Shown here: positions 61,901-64,000 of the stretch, one piece after another
Position numbering within the stretch: the first letter of the stretch is position 1
Layout of the letters: each line of letters begins with the position of its first letter
Assembly: GCF_000150275.1 (NCBI RefSeq)
Contig: NW_002060943.1
Span: forward strand, 7,246,299 to 7,310,298
DNA: 64,000 nucleotides
Source of the DNA: Trichoplax adhaerens
Lineage: Eukaryota > Animalia > Placozoa
Direction of reading: 5' to 3'
The notes under the pieces: model-generated
What the model was told of the DNA's origin: nothing
Databases searched by the model: none
What the model saw: the letters and a program-made list of their open reading frames with translations, nothing else
Program-made: the position numbers and the translations under genes

Positions 61901-62950
61901 CCCTGCTCCATTAATTACCTCAATGAGTTATACATTGTAAAAATTTTACTGTTTATATCACGTTTGGAGAGTAAGAACAAGGTAATAATGAAGTAATCAG
62001 TGGTTCTATGCTAGAAGGGAACGACTCTTTTTTCCATTTTTGAAGGGTAAAAAAAACGGGTGAAATAAGTTGCTGCATTCCATAGCATAATTTGCATCTT
62101 TCCTGCATCATTGCAATCTTCAACAAAATATCATATATCATAGCGGAGTATTGGATAACAGGCAGGCAGGCTATCAACAAAGTAACTAGGCCCATTTCTT
62201 ACCTTCTACACTGTATGCTGATACTTACAGTAGTTTAAAAGATAGTTGAAGTAAAACGTTGAAGAAAGCTCGCCCTGCTATTACGGCAGTGACTAACTGA
62301 TTATGGTAACCACTGCCAATACGCAACATTGCACACTAGAGACCTTTAGTCTGTAAGGGTTGTTAAGGGTCTCTATTGCACACCGTCATCTCCAAACCAA
62401 TGCAATCCTGTCACTGTGTCACGCTTCCAATGCAATAGAAGAGAACGTTATATTAATTTATTATTATTCCATTTTCCCATTTTCAAATGGAATAATAATT
62501 ACTCGAAGGACACGATTGCAACAAGTAGGAGAACTGGAGAACGGCCTGGTCAATCAATTCTAGTACTGTAGTCATAAAACAAGATGTCCGTCCTTCTTCA
62601 TGACTGTAATCGCATGAGGTAGACTGGCAGAGACGATCATCTCTAATACTAATGATGTGCAGACTGATTCTTGAGTCATTTCAAGTGGATTGCATGTCTG
62701 ACGCGGTACACTAGCTGCAGAAACGTGCTGTATAGTTAGTTTGGAGAACGTAGCCAACATTGCTCTCAGTTGATTGCGCTACCTTGACGGGCCTTGCTGC
62801 AGTTTTCTTCCCTTTCGTTTTCAGCCTTTCTCCTGCTTAGCCAATATCCAGTAGAAGAATCCATCCCATCGTTGATCGACTATCCGCTATTTCAACCAGT
62901 GACATCACCACCGATATCCACTGGCCATCAACTCCAATCAGTCTGATAAG
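58930..62950. repeat. Mosaic of decayed local duplications
   Basis: atggtacaatatcagaaaaggaatattgg at ~59017, 60014 and 60171; cagcattccatagcacaattt at ~59133, 60072, 60323 and 62074; caggctatcaacaaagtaactagg...ctgtgtcacgcttccaa at ~60880-61110 and ~62166-62430; caccgatatccact..ccatcaactccaat at ~61743 and ~62909. Confidence 0.85.
61160..61342. repeat. Long palindrome: 15-bp outer arms plus 47-bp inner arms (1 mismatch)
   Basis: 61160-61174 pairs with 61328-61342; 61187-61233 pairs with 61276-61322. Confidence 0.95.
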
Positions 62951-64000
62951 CCCATCATTGATCAGATCAATACACCATTCACAGATCGCTCAACTCAATG
63001 ATACTCTTACAGGTAGTTAGCCACCATCAAATGAGTCAATGAGTGTACAGAGTAGAGCATTTTCTTGACATACTCCATCAACAGATTGTCCAAATTAGAT
63101 TTACTGTCTAATCCATATTTAGTCATAGCTATGCAGATGATTGTCCCAATTTTCACTCGTACTGAATTGACGCGTGTTGTCTTCAAGCTGCGTGCAAAAT
63201 ATCCATGCTGCGCTACAGGTTATTATTGACTGATAGTCCTTGACTCACTTGTGTTTATAATACAGTAATATGAAATTGCATGATGACATCTAGTAACAAA
63301 CCATACCAGTAGTTTTAGAAATGATGATGCCTATTTCTTCCATTCATCCTACTAGTGAGAATTCCCCGTTCATATGAACGGAGAGAGAAAGAAATATAAT
63401 AAAACTTTGACGATGTCATGTTTGTACGGTATACTTTAAAACTATTTCGAACAATGCCTAATTAGTCCGGTACCCACAATCAGTATTAAGTAACTATTGT
63501 GTAGCTGATTCGATTAACTAATTTTACATGGTCATGGAATATTTTTACTGTAGATGTAAATATCTGCGTGTAGCGATTATCTTTTTACGTCAATAATGAT
63601 TATGTTATGAATATAATACTCATATATAGTTACAGTTAATAACGTCAGTGAGTTACATTACACGGTATCTTCAATAAATACTAGTACAAACTCACATCGC
63701 TTTGCTGACGGTTTACGATAATGTACTTATTTGTTAATAATTAACAGATAGTATTACCATTCGACATTATATATATCCCGGTAATAGCCAGGCATTACTA
63801 TATTCACAGCAATGCTTGTAGAATACTACTTTTCAATAATGCATTCACGGATGAAATGCTATATTAAGATTAGTTAATGGTCCAAAGCACATTATGATAA
63901 CTAATGTACGGTGATGGACTTACCAAGTTAAGATTAGCAGGTACTGCAAGATATCTACAGTGCGGTACAATGTCCTTAGTACTGTGGTCAATTCTATACC

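Noticed and set aside
60672-62760. Short ORFs in the terminal mosaic as a decayed transposon or gene
   Set aside because: No RT, transposase, integrase or other motif recognised; frames differ between duplicate copies

Overview
AT-rich, intron-dense eukaryotic DNA from an early-branching animal. The compact gene spacing and short GT-AG introns resemble a placozoan such as Trichoplax; this is an inference and was not verified. Left to right: the 3' part of VWA8 (+), glutathione reductase (-) divergent from dyskerin DKC1 (+), and a tandem pair of divergent signal-Ig-Ig-TM-TIR/SEFIR-like receptor genes (+) separated by a strand-skewed dispersed repeat. Then HS1BP3 (+) tail-to-tail with a p24/TMED gene (-), an ornithine-decarboxylase homologue with altered active-site residues interrupted by a MAM-domain gene fragment, a repeat copy and a gap, and a terminal ~5 kb mosaic of decayed duplications containing a long palindrome. 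The best candidate for an undescribed system is the IL-1R-like pair. Their N-terminal Ig domains carry a paralog-variable 43-46 aa Cys-rich insertion between the B-strand Cys and the C-strand Trp. One paralog has expanded the last TIR helix into 20 tandem 12-16 aa repeats. All exon models were spliced by eye.
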